Both the position numbers and the translations under genes were made by a program. From the NCBI GenBank assembly GCA_963717145.1, contig OY970325.1, positions 4,896,001 through 4,960,000 on the forward strand: a DNA stretch of 64,000 bases. The letters are read 5' to 3'. Positions 1-10,344 of the stretch are shown here, piece by piece (the stretch's first letter is position 1; each line of letters begins with the position of its first letter). The notes below the pieces were generated by a model. That model was given only the letters and a program-made list of their open reading frames with translations. It did no database searches and was not told the origin of the DNA. Source of the DNA: an uncultured Armatimonadetes bacterium. GTDB taxonomy: Bacteria; Armatimonadota; UBA5829; DTJY01.

Positions 1-2
1 CC

Positions 3-998
3 AAGTACGGCTTCGGTCAGCTCGTTCAGGCGACGAAGCTCTCCTCAGACTCTCTGCCGTTCAATCAGCCTGAGATCAAGGCGGGCCAGAGCCATCCACT
101 CGCCGCGAGCCTCATCATCGAGGACGCGCAGTGCCCGCTGAGGCGGACCGAGATCACTCTCCTCGCCGGGGAGCCGATCGTCCGCTTCCGGCACACATTC
201 GACATGACGCGCACGTCTCACAGGACATACGACGAAGGCCCGATCAGGTACGACGTCGCCTATCCGCTCGACATTCTCAATGGCAAGCTCGCATTCGACA
301 CGCCCGCGGGGATGCTCGACCCCGACCTCGACTTCATGCCCAAAGCCCACCACATAATCAACGTCCACCACGGCGGTGATGTCAGCGGCGATGAGTGCGG
401 AGTGGCCTTCGCATCCCCTGAGGCGTTCATGTGGGAGTTCGGCGGCATCAACGGCCTCTGGGGCACTGCCATCCCGCCGGAATCGACGCCGCTGATGATG
501 CGGCTGCTCAGCAAGCACGACGAGGCCAGCTACAAGGAAGGCATCGGCCCGGTCGTCACCGAGCCCGGCGCGCCCCAGGAGCGCATCTACGAGGCCGTCT
601 TCATGCTTCACTCGGGCGATGATCCATCGGCGGTCAGGCGGTTCATGCTCGACGAAGCGAATCCGCTCGTCGCCGTCCCAATCAGCGCGAATCCGAAGGG
701 AATCCTTCCGGAATCCGGGCAGTTCCTCCATGTGGACGGCAAGGACATCGTGCTTCTGACGCTGAAACAGGCTGAAGACGGCGATGGTTACATCATGCGC
801 CTGATGGAGACCAGCGGCTCGGAGTCGGATGTGACGATCAGGCCCGGACTGCTGACCATCGCCAACCCGTGGCTTGTCGACAACGTCGAGCGCCCGATCC
901 GTGCCCTGACGCTCGATCATGGGCAGGTGAAACTTACTCTCCGCCCCAGGGAGATCGTGACGATCAGATTCAACTTGGAGGTTCACACATGCGACTAG
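3..998 (+). CDS. Glycoside hydrolase family 38 (alpha-mannosidase-like) C-terminal region, 5'-partial
   Basis: Frame is open from the window start. C-terminal motif LKQAEDGDGYIMRLMETSG...LTLRPREIVTIRF resembles the GH38 C-terminal beta-sandwich. Confidence 0.6.
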   Translation, partial: KYGFGQLVQATKLSSDSLPFNQPEIKAGQSHPLAASLIIEDAQCPLRRTEITLLAGEPIVRFRHTFDMTRTSHRTYDEGPIRYDVAYPLDILNGKLAFDTPAGMLDPDLDFMPKAHHIINVHHGGDVSGDECGVAFASPEAFMWEFGGINGLWGTAIPPESTPLMMRLLSKHDEASYKEGIGPVVTEPGAPQERIYEAVFMLHSGDDPSAVRRFMLDEANPLVAVPISANPKGILPESGQFLHVDGKDIVLLTLKQAEDGDGYIMRLMETSGSESDVTIRPGLLTIANPWLVDNVERPIRALTLDHGQVKLTLRPREIVTIRFNLEVHTCD

Positions 999-2749
999 CC
1001 GCTATTCTACTGCTGACTATGCTTATCGTTTCCGAATCCCTCGCCCGAGATCTGGAGATATCCCACGCCTATTACCGAGATACGAACGCCAGCCTGCATC
1101 TCTTCCTGGCGAACCACGGCAATGAGCCGGTGTCGATACTGCCACCTGTCGTCGATGGTCAGGACTGCGCCACCCTCGGCAGGGATGGCCTCCACATTAC
1201 AAACGTCCTCTGGTTCCGAAGCCGTCCGAATCCCATTCCGCCCGGTGGGATCGCCGACCTGACGATCACCCTGGCCCTTCCGACCGACAAACCGGTGACC
1301 GTCGAACTGACTACGTCGTCCGGGCAGAAGCTTCGGAAGGTCATCCGATGTGTGCCGGAGCCGATCCGTTTCCAGGCCGTCCGGTTCAGCGCGGACCTGC
1401 GGACCGTGGATGTCTACGTCCGCACGACTGAGGCCCTGCGCCGGATACGTATGGACGGCACCGATGTCGGCAGATCGGGTGAGAGCCTCGACGGCCTCGC
1501 GTTTACTCGAATCAGGCTGAAAGAGCCGCTCGCGCCGAACTCATTCCACGTCTTCGAAGTCGAGGCCGAGGGAGGAGCATCTACCGCGTGTCAGATCCGC
1601 GCGATCCCCGCCGAATTCCTGATCGGCGTCTATGGCAGCCCGAGTCCCGAGGCAATCGCCGATTGGGCGAAGCACGGCCTCAACCATTACCTGTCGTTCG
1701 GCGGAGTCTCGACAGACCTCCTGGATACGTTCGCCGAGCACAAGATCAGCGTCGGGGCGAAATACATCCCCGAGCACCTGGTGGACCGTACCGCCGGCAA
1801 GGTCTCCATCTATGATGAAGAGAAAGCCAAGTCCGCGCTGGATGCCGTCATCGACAAGCCGAGCCTGCTCTACCACCATCTCGTGGACGAGCCGGATGTC
1901 TCCGACTACTACGTGAACCACACGCTCGGCGCGAGCGGGATGGAGCTTATCGCGCGCGACGAGTTCTACGAGCGAAACGATCCCGGGCGCTACACCTTCG
2001 TTCAGCTCGACAACACCTTCCGGCCCAGGAACTACCGAGTCTATGGAGAGAGCGCCGATCTGCTGGCGACGCACAGGTATTCCCTCGGCAGCTATCTCAA
2101 GAGCGAGGCGGGCGAGACGACGGTCAAGCGCCTGCCCTTCTTCGAGGACATGGTCGAGACGTTACGACTTCTTCGCGGTGCTACTGAGCCTAAGCCGTTC
2201 TTCATGGTGCCCCAGTTCTTCAACCTCGGGCCGGGCCGCGCGGGACGTCCGCCGACCATCGAGGAGATGCGCCTCCAGTGCTACACCATGGTCGCAGGCG
2301 GCGCTCGCGGGCTGATTCACTACATATTCTCCGGCTCGACAGGCGGCGGTGAAGGCGGGCGAACTCCGGCTCTCTGGGACGCTATGACCGGCCTCCATCA
2401 GGAGCTTGCCGGCGTCGGCGAGATCGTCGGTTCCGGTACGCCCGCGCCCGCCAATTGGGTGAAATGCAGTTCCGCGAACGTGCTGGCGACTGGGCTGCTC
2501 TGCGGGGACGAGATGGCGGTCGTGTTCATCAATCTCAGTCACCGCTCGTCGCTCCATAGCTTCACCGCGATCTCGGTGCGAGACTTCACGGTAAGAGTGC
2601 GCATCCCGCCGTGGATCGAGGCCTCGGATCTGGAGGTCCGTCTCGCGGACACCGGGGATCCGATTGGGGCCACGATCGAAGGCGACACCTTGAGCTTCAC
2701 GGTCGATGAAGTGACCGATGCTCGATGCGTTCTGCTCTTACGGAAGTGA
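989..2749 (+). CDS. Secreted hypothetical protein, possibly with a glycoside-hydrolase-like TIM barrel
   Basis: ATG at 989 follows a GGAGG RBS. Signal peptide MRLAAILLLTMLIVSESLA; DEP motif and GARGLIHY are typical of uncharacterised GH-like proteins. Confidence 0.55.
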   Translation: MRLAAILLLTMLIVSESLARDLEISHAYYRDTNASLHLFLANHGNEPVSILPPVVDGQDCATLGRDGLHITNVLWFRSRPNPIPPGGIADLTITLALPTDKPVTVELTTSSGQKLRKVIRCVPEPIRFQAVRFSADLRTVDVYVRTTEALRRIRMDGTDVGRSGESLDGLAFTRIRLKEPLAPNSFHVFEVEAEGGASTACQIRAIPAEFLIGVYGSPSPEAIADWAKHGLNHYLSFGGVSTDLLDTFAEHKISVGAKYIPEHLVDRTAGKVSIYDEEKAKSALDAVIDKPSLLYHHLVDEPDVSDYYVNHTLGASGMELIARDEFYERNDPGRYTFVQLDNTFRPRNYRVYGESADLLATHRYSLGSYLKSEAGETTVKRLPFFEDMVETLRLLRGATEPKPFFMVPQFFNLGPGRAGRPPTIEEMRLQCYTMVAGGARGLIHYIFSGSTGGGEGGRTPALWDAMTGLHQELAGVGEIVGSGTPAPANWVKCSSANVLATGLLCGDEMAVVFINLSHRSSLHSFTAISVRDFTVRVRIPPWIEASDLEVRLADTGDPIGATIEGDTLSFTVDEVTDARCVLLLRK

Positions 2750-2755
2750 GGGGCG

Positions 2756-3763
2756 ATGACCGCATCCGTATCGGTCCTCATGCCTGCATACAACGCCGCG
2801 GACACGATCCGTCAGGCCGTGACGAGCCTCCAGCGTCAGACCCTCGCCGACTTCGAGGTCGTCGCGGTGGACGACGGCTCGACCGACGGCACGGGTGACA
2901 TTCTCGATGAGCTGGCGCTCGATGACACGCGCATCAGGCCGGTCCATCTCCCGCACTCGGGGCTGATTGAGGCGCTCAATGCCGGAATCAAGCGGTGCGG
3001 CGCAGACCTCATCGCCCGCATGGACGCCGATGACATATGCCACCCTGAGCGCGTGAGGCTTCAGGTCGAGTACATGCGCGATCATCCTGATGTAAGCGTA
3101 TGCGGGTGCCTGGTCCGCTCGTTTCCCAGGAATGTGATCCGAGAGGGCTTCCTCCGCTACGAGGCGTGGCTGAACTCCCTCACCACGCACGACCAGATCG
3201 CGCGCGACTTCTTCGTCGAGAGCCCGCTCGCCCACCCCAGCGTCATGATGCGGGCGTCCGACCTGCGAGCGATCGGGGGGTACCGGGAGATGGGCTGGCC
3301 GGAGGACTACGACCTCTGGCTGCGGTTCTTCATGGCGGACAAGCGTTTCGGCAAGGTGGCGCGGACTCTCCTCTTCTGGCGCGAAACGCCCGGGCGGCTC
3401 ACGTTCACGGATTCTCGCTACTCGCTCGAGAACTTCGTACGGGCGAAGGCACACTTCCTGGCGATACTGATTCAGGCCAAGAACCGGCCGCTGATCGTCT
3501 GGGGCGCAGGAATGATGGGCCGCCGACTGACGAAGCACCTCGTCCGGGAGGGTATCCAGCCGATCGCGGTGGTTGACATCGACCCGCGCAAGATCGGCCG
3601 GACGATGCGAGGATCTCCGATCATCCCGCCGGAACAGCTTGCAGGTCATCCGAACGCATTCGTCATCGTCGCAGTGGGATCGGAGGGCGCGCGGGAGATC
3701 ATTCGCGCCAGGCTGAACGCGATGGGCCGAATCGAAGTGGAAGATCACCTCTGTGCTGCGTAG
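2756..3763 (+). CDS. Glycosyltransferase family 2
   Basis: VSVLMPAYN, VDDGSTD, RMDADD and EDYDLW motifs; C-terminal Rossmann-like WGAG. Confidence 0.9.
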   Translation: MTASVSVLMPAYNAADTIRQAVTSLQRQTLADFEVVAVDDGSTDGTGDILDELALDDTRIRPVHLPHSGLIEALNAGIKRCGADLIARMDADDICHPERVRLQVEYMRDHPDVSVCGCLVRSFPRNVIREGFLRYEAWLNSLTTHDQIARDFFVESPLAHPSVMMRASDLRAIGGYREMGWPEDYDLWLRFFMADKRFGKVARTLLFWRETPGRLTFTDSRYSLENFVRAKAHFLAILIQAKNRPLIVWGAGMMGRRLTKHLVREGIQPIAVVDIDPRKIGRTMRGSPIIPPEQLAGHPNAFVIVAVGSEGAREIIRARLNAMGRIEVEDHLCAA

Positions 3764-3801
3764 CCCGGGTTGCTCATGATATGTTCAGAGGGCGTGCGCT
3801 C

Positions 3802-3880
3802 TGTCATTCTGAGCGAAGTGACGAATCTGGCGAGAGCATACCTCAAGAACGCCGGATTCTTCACTTCGCTCAGAATGACA
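3802..3880. repeat. REP-like palindromic element
   Basis: Perfect 20-bp inverted repeat TGTCATTCTGAGCGAAGTGA (3802-3821) / TCACTTCGCTCAGAATGACA (3861-3880), extended by GAATC/GATTC, downstream of the operon. Confidence 0.75.
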
Positions 3881-3947
3881 CGGATGATCCGGGCTAGCAG
3901 ACTGAAGAATCGGGACGATTCCTCCGAAATTCCTGGGTGGTAAGGTA

Positions 3948-5309
3948 CGTGTTGCCTCATTTAACTTTGTTACCGAAACGCCATTCGTTGCGTCATTGAT
4001 AATGTTACCAAGTAGTGTGTTCAAGTATGTCAGATCGGCTCTTGATCGCCGCTCAGGGCCGCGCCTTGCTCGCTTTCGATCTGTCTTTGTTCGGCATCCT
4101 GTCAAGCTTTGATGATAGCCTGTGGATGCGTCTTAGTAGCTCCACCGGGTTCGTCGCTCTACGTTCTTTATCGAGGCGATCCTTTGCTTCATCGTCAAGC
4201 CATCCTTCAACACTTATCAGCTTGCGGTACGGCGTCATCGCAGGCTCATAGCGTTTGATCACTTTACTCCCAATCCGCTCCTTTTCTTTAAGACGCATCA
4301 TGGGCTGACAGAAGTTGTGATACGCCACGATCAGCGGATATATCGCCTTTAGTACCGCAAGCTGCTCGTCCGTCTCGAATCGCCGGTAACCTATAAACTG
4401 CCGGACTACGCTCCAGTTCTTCTGCTCTACATGACATTGATCGTTCTTCTTGTAAGGCCGACTGCGCGTAAACGTGATCCTGTGCGCTCGACAGTACTTG
4501 TTCATGTGATGGTTGATGAACTCGCCGCCGTTGTCGGTATCTATGCCTCTGACTGCAAACGGTGCGCTCTTGGACGCGGACTGCACCGCAAGCACGGTTC
4601 CGTGCTCCCCTCGGCCTTTCATTCCATCAAGCGCTACCCATCCGGTCGCTACATCAGTCATAGTCAAAGTATACAGGAACTCTCCGCTCCCGTCACCTCC
4701 GCAATGACCCACCAAGTCCATCTCGAAGAACCCAGGCTCAGCTTCATCCCAGTCGGCAAACGTCCTCACCGGGATCTGAGACCGAAGCAGTGTCCCCGGC
4801 TTTGTTAAGGTCCTCCCTGTTAGCGATAGGGCAGACCGCTCCTTCTTCATCAACCTGTCGATGCTCGACGCGCTGATCGAGTTAAGCAGCCTCTCTTCTT
4901 CTGGTGTAACCGTTATCTCCCCGAATGACTCCAGTATGGGTAGAAACTCAGTCAGAAACGGCTGCAGACGCTTACCGCACGCGTAGAAACTCGCAGCCCA
5001 GAGTGTCTTCAGCTTGTGGGCTATCGGCTCGTATTTCGACTTCCTTGCGCGTCTCACTGGACTCCTCGCTGGTGGAACTCCTTTCGCGAACAGCCTCACC
5101 AGCGACTTCCTGTGGTAACCGGTCAATCCCTGGACTTCACTCAATACCAGCTTCTTCTCCGATTTGGTGGCTTTGCCATATTCTTTGCGTTTGCGCCTCA
5201 CGACTTCTCTTACGGATGCAGTTGTCATCTTCTCCATGCCTCAGTTTCGGTAACATTCTTATCTGAGGCAACGTTTCCGTTTCGGTAACATCGTTCGTGA
5301 AGCAATTCG
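3948..5309 (-). mobile_element. IS with rve/integrase-core DDE transposase (ISNCY/IS481-like), copy 1
   Basis: 1362 bp, essentially identical to 32040-33401. 5-bp TSD AGGTA at 3943-3947 and 5310-5314. Ends carry repeated TTGCCTCA-N7/8-TGTTACCGAA motifs. Confidence 0.9.
4053..5237 (-). CDS. DDE (rve) transposase
   Basis: EMDLVGH, IDTDNGGEF and RSRPYKKNDQCHVEQKN catalytic motifs. Confidence 0.9.
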   Translation of the reverse strand: MEKMTTASVREVVRRKRKEYGKATKSEKKLVLSEVQGLTGYHRKSLVRLFAKGVPPARSPVRRARKSKYEPIAHKLKTLWAASFYACGKRLQPFLTEFLPILESFGEITVTPEEERLLNSISASSIDRLMKKERSALSLTGRTLTKPGTLLRSQIPVRTFADWDEAEPGFFEMDLVGHCGGDGSGEFLYTLTMTDVATGWVALDGMKGRGEHGTVLAVQSASKSAPFAVRGIDTDNGGEFINHHMNKYCRAHRITFTRSRPYKKNDQCHVEQKNWSVVRQFIGYRRFETDEQLAVLKAIYPLIVAYHNFCQPMMRLKEKERIGSKVIKRYEPAMTPYRKLISVEGWLDDEAKDRLDKERRATNPVELLRRIHRLSSKLDRMPNKDRSKASKARP

Positions 5310-5314
5310 AGGTA

Positions 5315-5343
5315 TAGACAACACGCAGGAATCGTGCTATAAT
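5315..5343 (+). promoter_or_regulatory. sigma70 promoter of tRNA-Asn
   Basis: TAGACA-17 bp-TATAAT with extended -10 TG, about 50 bp upstream of the tRNA. Confidence 0.75.
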
Positions 5344-5391
5344 TCCATGGCTGGCAGGGATCAGCATTCATACCTGCCAATCCGTCGATGC

Positions 5392-5464
5392 TCCTCGGTA
5401 GCTCAATCGGCAGAGCACTTGGCTGTTAACCAGGGGGTTCGTGGTTCGAGTCCACGCCGGGGAG
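5392..5464 (+). tRNA. tRNA-Asn (GTT); probable island integration site
   Basis: Cloverleaf with acceptor stem TCCTCGG/CCGGGGA, D arm GCTCAATCGGCAGAGC, anticodon loop CTGTTAA and T loop GTTCGAGTC. CCA is not encoded. Confidence 0.95.
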
Positions 5465-7026
5465 CTCAACCTTTACGTACTGGACAACATCAGCACCATC
5501 TTCCCGCGCATAGAACTCGAATTCGACCGTCTTATCCTTCTGCACCACGGCTTTCTTCAGGATGAAGTCCACCAGGTGTTCCTTCTCTTCCTCCGTGCAG
5601 CCCGGAAACACAGTTGCGAACTCAGCGAAGACCTGCTGAGCCGCCTCTGCATCCACCGAGTCTGGCTTTGCCTCCTTCAGCCTGGTGCGAACGATGTTCA
5701 GTTGAGCCTTGATGGTGGCAAGCACATTCTCCAGTTCCGCAAGGCGCGTCTGGACTGATGTGCTAGCAAGGCCCTGCTCTATTGCACTCATGACGTTGCC
5801 GAGTTTGACCTCGACTTCCTTGCCACGTTGGACGAGGGCTTTCTCCTCCACCTCTATCTGCTCGGTGTTCTCGTCCGTCATGCATGCTTGAGCCGCAGCC
5901 CCCTCTATGAGCGTCCGATCCTCGGCTAACTTAGCGACAGTATCGCAGAACATCTCCTCTATGATGTCGGCATTCATTCGCCGAATATCGCAGTCGATCC
6001 CCCGGTACCTGCCGGTTCGGTAGCACTCATAGTATGGGGTATAGCCTTTCTTGCGGCGGGGATGATTCGTCGATCTTGGCACAAGGCGGCAGCCGCAATC
6101 GCCGCAGTAGATCTTGCCGACTAGATAGTAGCCATGAGGACTATCGATCCGGGGATGCCTGAATCCATCAGCGAACAAGCCCTGAACGAGATCAAAGACA
6201 TCGGCATCCACGATGGCAGGATGCGTACCCTCGACGCGTATCCCGTCATAGTTCAGTTCGCCCAGGTACACGCGGTTTCTCAGGATGTAGTCAACCTTCT
6301 GCCTGGACCATTCGCTGACCACGTCTTTGGTAGCATTCCGAAACTTGGGGCGCTTAGTCTGGGCTCCCAGGGCTATCAACCTGTCTCTCACAGCCCCAAG
6401 GCATTTGGTCTCAAGATAGGTCTCAAACATCAGTCTAACGATTGACGCCTCCCTTTCATTCGGAATGAGCTTCCCATCGAGTACATCATAGCCTAAGGCC
6501 AAATTGCCACCCGGCCATCTTCCCTGTCGGACCATTGCGGTCATCTTGTCTCTCGTTCTCTCTGCGACCATCTCGCGTTCGAGTTCGGCGAAGGTCAGAG
6601 CGATATTCCGCATAGCCCGTCCCATCGCGGTTGAGGTATCGAACTGCTCCTTGACCGAGATGAAGCTGACGCCATACTGCTCGAAGGTACGGTCGAGGTC
6701 AAAGAAGTCCGAAGGGACCTGGTGATCCGGTCCAGCTTGTAGGTCACCACCACGTCGAACTTCCCCATCTGGCAGTCCGCGAGAAGAGACTGTAGTCCGG
6801 GACGGTTTGTGTCCTTTCCGGAGAACCCGCCGTCCTCATAGAAGGCGACGATCTCCCAGTCGGGATGGACCGCTTGGATGTAGTTCCGAACGTAGTCCTT
6901 CTGAGACTCCAACGTGCTGTAGTCGCCCTCACTCTGCTCCACGGTCGAACAACGGCCATACGACACTGCTCGAACAACGCCCTTTCGCTCCATGTTGGCG
7001 CCACGCTTGGGTACTCTCTTGCGCAT
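5426..7026 (-). pseudogene. Large serine recombinase (island integrase), frameshifted near 6710
   Basis: Resolvase domain (YGRCST...YEDGGFSG...KLDRITRS) in ORF 6595-7026. Recombinase, Zn-ribbon (CGDCG) and coiled-coil domains in ORF 5426-6625. Adding one base near CTTCGGAC joins them. Confidence 0.8.
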
Positions 7027-7027
7027 C

Positions 7028-9383
7028 TTATACTGCCTCCCCTTCTTCGGGCCAATCCAGGATGCCGAGCTCTCGCACTCGCTCCAGCGCCGTCCTCAGG
7101 CTGTCGCCGCCAACTATTCGCCATATCCGCATCCTCATATACACCACCGCTTGGACTCCTATGCCCATTAGCTTGGCTGTCTCTTCGCCGCCGTATCCAT
7201 CTACCAGCAATTGCAGGCACTCCATCTGCCGCTTGGTCGGAGGCGTTAGTCCAAGCGCCGTAGCTCGATGGGAGTAGTTGGGCGATGCCAGATGCTGGCA
7301 TGCCTTGAGAAGCATGAGCGGCGATGGGTCATCCGGGGCCAGTAAGCCGAGCGAGGCGGCCTTGGCTATTGCAGCTTCGCTACAGTGTGCTCCGAGCTTC
7401 ACCCGGATCCGGGCACGCCTGCCCGACACCGTCGATTCCGGAACACACAGTTCTTCCGCTATCTCAGGATCGGTCTTGCCGGCAGCCATCGCCTTGAGCA
7501 CCAGCATCTCCTGTGACTTGAGTGCACAGGCGTCCTCCTTTGGCTTGCCCCAGCGACCATCGAGTGGAAGGCAGTGCGCCCAGTCGGACAAGTACGGCTT
7601 GATCTTCTCAATGGCTTCCTCCAGTGATGTAACACCCAAGCCAACTATCGCATCCCTGCGATGCCTCTTTACGGTGCCAACCTTGACATTCCATCTGGCC
7701 GCGATCTGCGCGTTACTGTATCCATCGGCGGCGAGAGCGAGATAGGCCAACTGCCTGCGCCCCACGGGCGGCTTCTTGATGCCGTTCCTGGCCCGCTCCC
7801 ATTGCGAGTGCACCGGAAGCGTGAAATGGATCTCGTCGATGAACCTGATCTTAAGCTTGATCAGTGTCACGCTGTCCATGCGGCGGACTCGGATATGTTC
7901 TATCAGCATCTCGTAGACGGCACGGCGTTCTTTGGGAAGCATGGCCGACCACATAGTGGGGAAGTCGCGAAGCAGTTGTACGGCTCGGGACTGCTGGGCC
8001 TCCAGTGTCTCCAACCTGACGTGCACATTCTCCAACTCGGACAGGCGCGTGGTGATGAACGTCTTGCGGTCCGATACGGCCCTATCGTAGGCTGTCAGGG
8101 TGTCTAGCGATACCTCGTCCCTGGCAAACGCCCTGGAAAGCTCCTCCTTCTTGGAGTCAATCCTGGTAAGCTCAGACCGGAGACTCTCGGCTTCTGAATC
8201 GTGATCCTGGGGCAGCCGTTCCAGGATATCCTTTGCTACGGTCTCCGCTTTGTCCAGGACGAGCGGGTCTTGAGCGATCTTCATGATCTCGTGGTCGATT
8301 CGAGGCTCCAAGAACCCCGCAGGTATGTAAGGTCTCGACGCACATGGTATGCCGTGTCGCCGTGTATCCTCGCATCTGTACCCTCTGTAAGGGCCGTTGG
8401 GATGGACGATCCTCATTCGACCGCCGGATTCGTCGCAATACGTCAGCCGCGCGAGAGGGGCCTCCGCGCAAGACTCCGTTCTCGGCCCGAAATGCTTCCT
8501 TTTCTTCATCTCCTCCTGAATCTGGTAGTACACCGCTTCGTCGTAGATGCGGTTCTCGTGGTGTCTACCTGCTATGCATTTGCCGCCATGGCGGATCAAC
8601 CCCGCATTGAGAGGATTGCGTAGTATGCTCCGGACTACGTTCGGATGCCATCTTGGGCCACCCTTTGGGGCGGGGACTCCCTGCTGCTCCAATTCCCGGC
8701 AGATGTCAAGAAGCCCCAGCCCCCTCAGGTATGAATTGGCTATCTGGCGGATCACAGGTGTCTCTCGTTCATCAGGAGCGATACCCGGTCGGCGACTGGA
8801 GTTATTCATCATCCACCTCCCTTGCAGTTCGCCGCCAGCCGAAGCCGACCTGGCCGGTCGGATAGCCGTCCTCACGCCTTCTTGCCATCGCGGCTTTGAC
8901 ATTCTCTGCCGTGATATCCGAGAAGAGCTCGGCTGCCAATATGAGAATACCGGCGGCGAAACGACCCATCGAACGGCTTGTATCGATGCTATCCTGAACT
9001 GATATCAGCGTGACGTCGTACTTCAGGATATAGTCCTGTAAGAACTCATGCCAGACCCTGGCGTTGCGGCTCAACCTGTCGAGTCGCCAGAAGATGACTA
9101 CCGATACCTCCCCGTCGGCTATTGCCTGGACGAGCGCCGATAGACCCGGCCTGACGTTCTTTGCTGGCGATCCCGGCTTGGCGAAGCCGAGCTTTCCGCT
9201 GTAACCCTCATCAGCGAATACCTTGGCAGTGTAGTTGCCGGGCCCGAAGACGCGGTCCAGGTATTCACGGCATACTCGCTCTTGTTGCTCAAGAGAATAT
9301 CCGAAGTCCGCCTGTTCCGATGTGCTTACGCGGATTGGTATGCCAACCGAGGGTTGGCTACTTTCGTGTGCCAAAGACTTCAA
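7028..9383 (-). pseudogene. Large serine recombinase fused to three LuxR-type HTH domains, frameshifted near 8810-8850
   Basis: Resolvase domain (IRVST, DEGYSG, WRLDRLSR) in ORF 8802-9383. Recombinase domain, coiled coil and three LuxR-like repeats in ORF 7028-8902. Confidence 0.75.
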
Positions 9384-9861
9384 TTCCGGTTACTCCTTTC
9401 AGGTATTCGTGTGCACTTCGAATCACTCGCTGTTCGGCTGCAAAGATCAGGGAGCAGCCATGATTCTCGATGACATTCACAAGAAACTCGAGGCACAGAG
9501 CAAAGCGTCGAGCAATTCTATCCAAGCGGTGCACTATGACCACCTGGATCTCCCCCGTGGCCACGGCGGCAGCGAGGGCCGAAAGCCCCGGGCGGGCGTT
9601 GTCTTGGCACCGTTCAGGAACGGTAGAGCCTCGGTTTCCACCGAACCCGTCGTCGGTGTACACCTTGACCTGATAGCCTCCGGGACCGTACGCTTGGTCC
9701 AGGAAGTCGAGGCACACTCGCTCTTGGTCGACCAGAGAGCTTGCGTCGCCCAAACTCGCTGTTCGCCAGTACGGGCCCACACTGTCCAGGTTTTCGCTTT
9801 CAGAATTTTCCATCAGAACCTTCTCCTTCATAATACTACTTGGCGGCTTGTTTGTCAACAC
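9358..9861 (-). CDS. Stand-alone resolvase-domain protein with degenerate catalytic motif
   Basis: Clear paralog of the 8802-9383 N-terminus (QERVC..LD...GPG.Y..KV..D.G..G; RPGLSAL; HRLDRIAR). YWRTAS replaces the Y.R.S motif. Confidence 0.7.
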   Translation of the reverse strand: MLTNKPPSSIMKEKVLMENSESENLDSVGPYWRTASLGDASSLVDQERVCLDFLDQAYGPGGYQVKVYTDDGFGGNRGSTVPERCQDNARPGLSALAAAVATGEIQVVIVHRLDRIARRFALCLEFLVNVIENHGCSLIFAAEQRVIRSAHEYLKGVTGIEVFGTRK

Positions 9862-10056
9862 TTGACTATATATTACAACAAACGCCCGCTGTTTGATTCA
9901 AGAATGTGGCTTTACTGAGTGCATGAAGCCTGCTGTAATGATTACTGCCGAGGTTCGATGACCCTTGGCTTGTCTCGCTGTCTAATGAGTCTGACAGCGA
10001 CCTGTGCTAGCAGTCTCGCCAAGCGTGCGTACAGCTCCGACTGACTATCCGGTACG

Positions 10057-10218
10057 CTACTGCTCACTGCTCTCACCCCCCTCCTGTGCCTTCCGGGCCT
10101 CCAGGCGTTTCTTAGCCCGAAGGAGAATCTCCAGAGCACGGGCGTAGCGCTCGACGGCGTCTGGTGTCGGAACATACTTGATTGTTGCGGTGTATCCGCC
10201 TCGCGGCTTTCTGCCCAT
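10057..10218 (-). CDS. Small basic hypothetical protein upstream of the recombinase operon
   Basis: 53 aa with a GGGGTC-type RBS, co-oriented with the recombinases. Confidence 0.4.
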   Translation of the reverse strand: MGRKPRGGYTATIKYVPTPDAVERYARALEILLRAKKRLEARKAQEGGESSEQ

Positions 10219-10344
10219 GATGACCCCACCGCCGGCTGACAAACAAAAACCGCCGGCCACTACCCAAAGAATAGCGACCGGCGGATGGGGTGCCTCGACA
10301 ACGCTAGTGTGCACGCTAGCGTTGCCGATTTTTTGTTATAGGGT

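Noticed and set aside
45-3748. Long antisense ORFs (45-986, 2738-3748, and similar ones opposite transposases and fkbH)
   Set aside because: Shadow ORFs of GC-rich genes with no recognisable motifs.
5430-5464. Second copy of the tRNA 3' end marking the far island boundary
   Set aside because: Not found by eye in this window, so the island end is left undefined.
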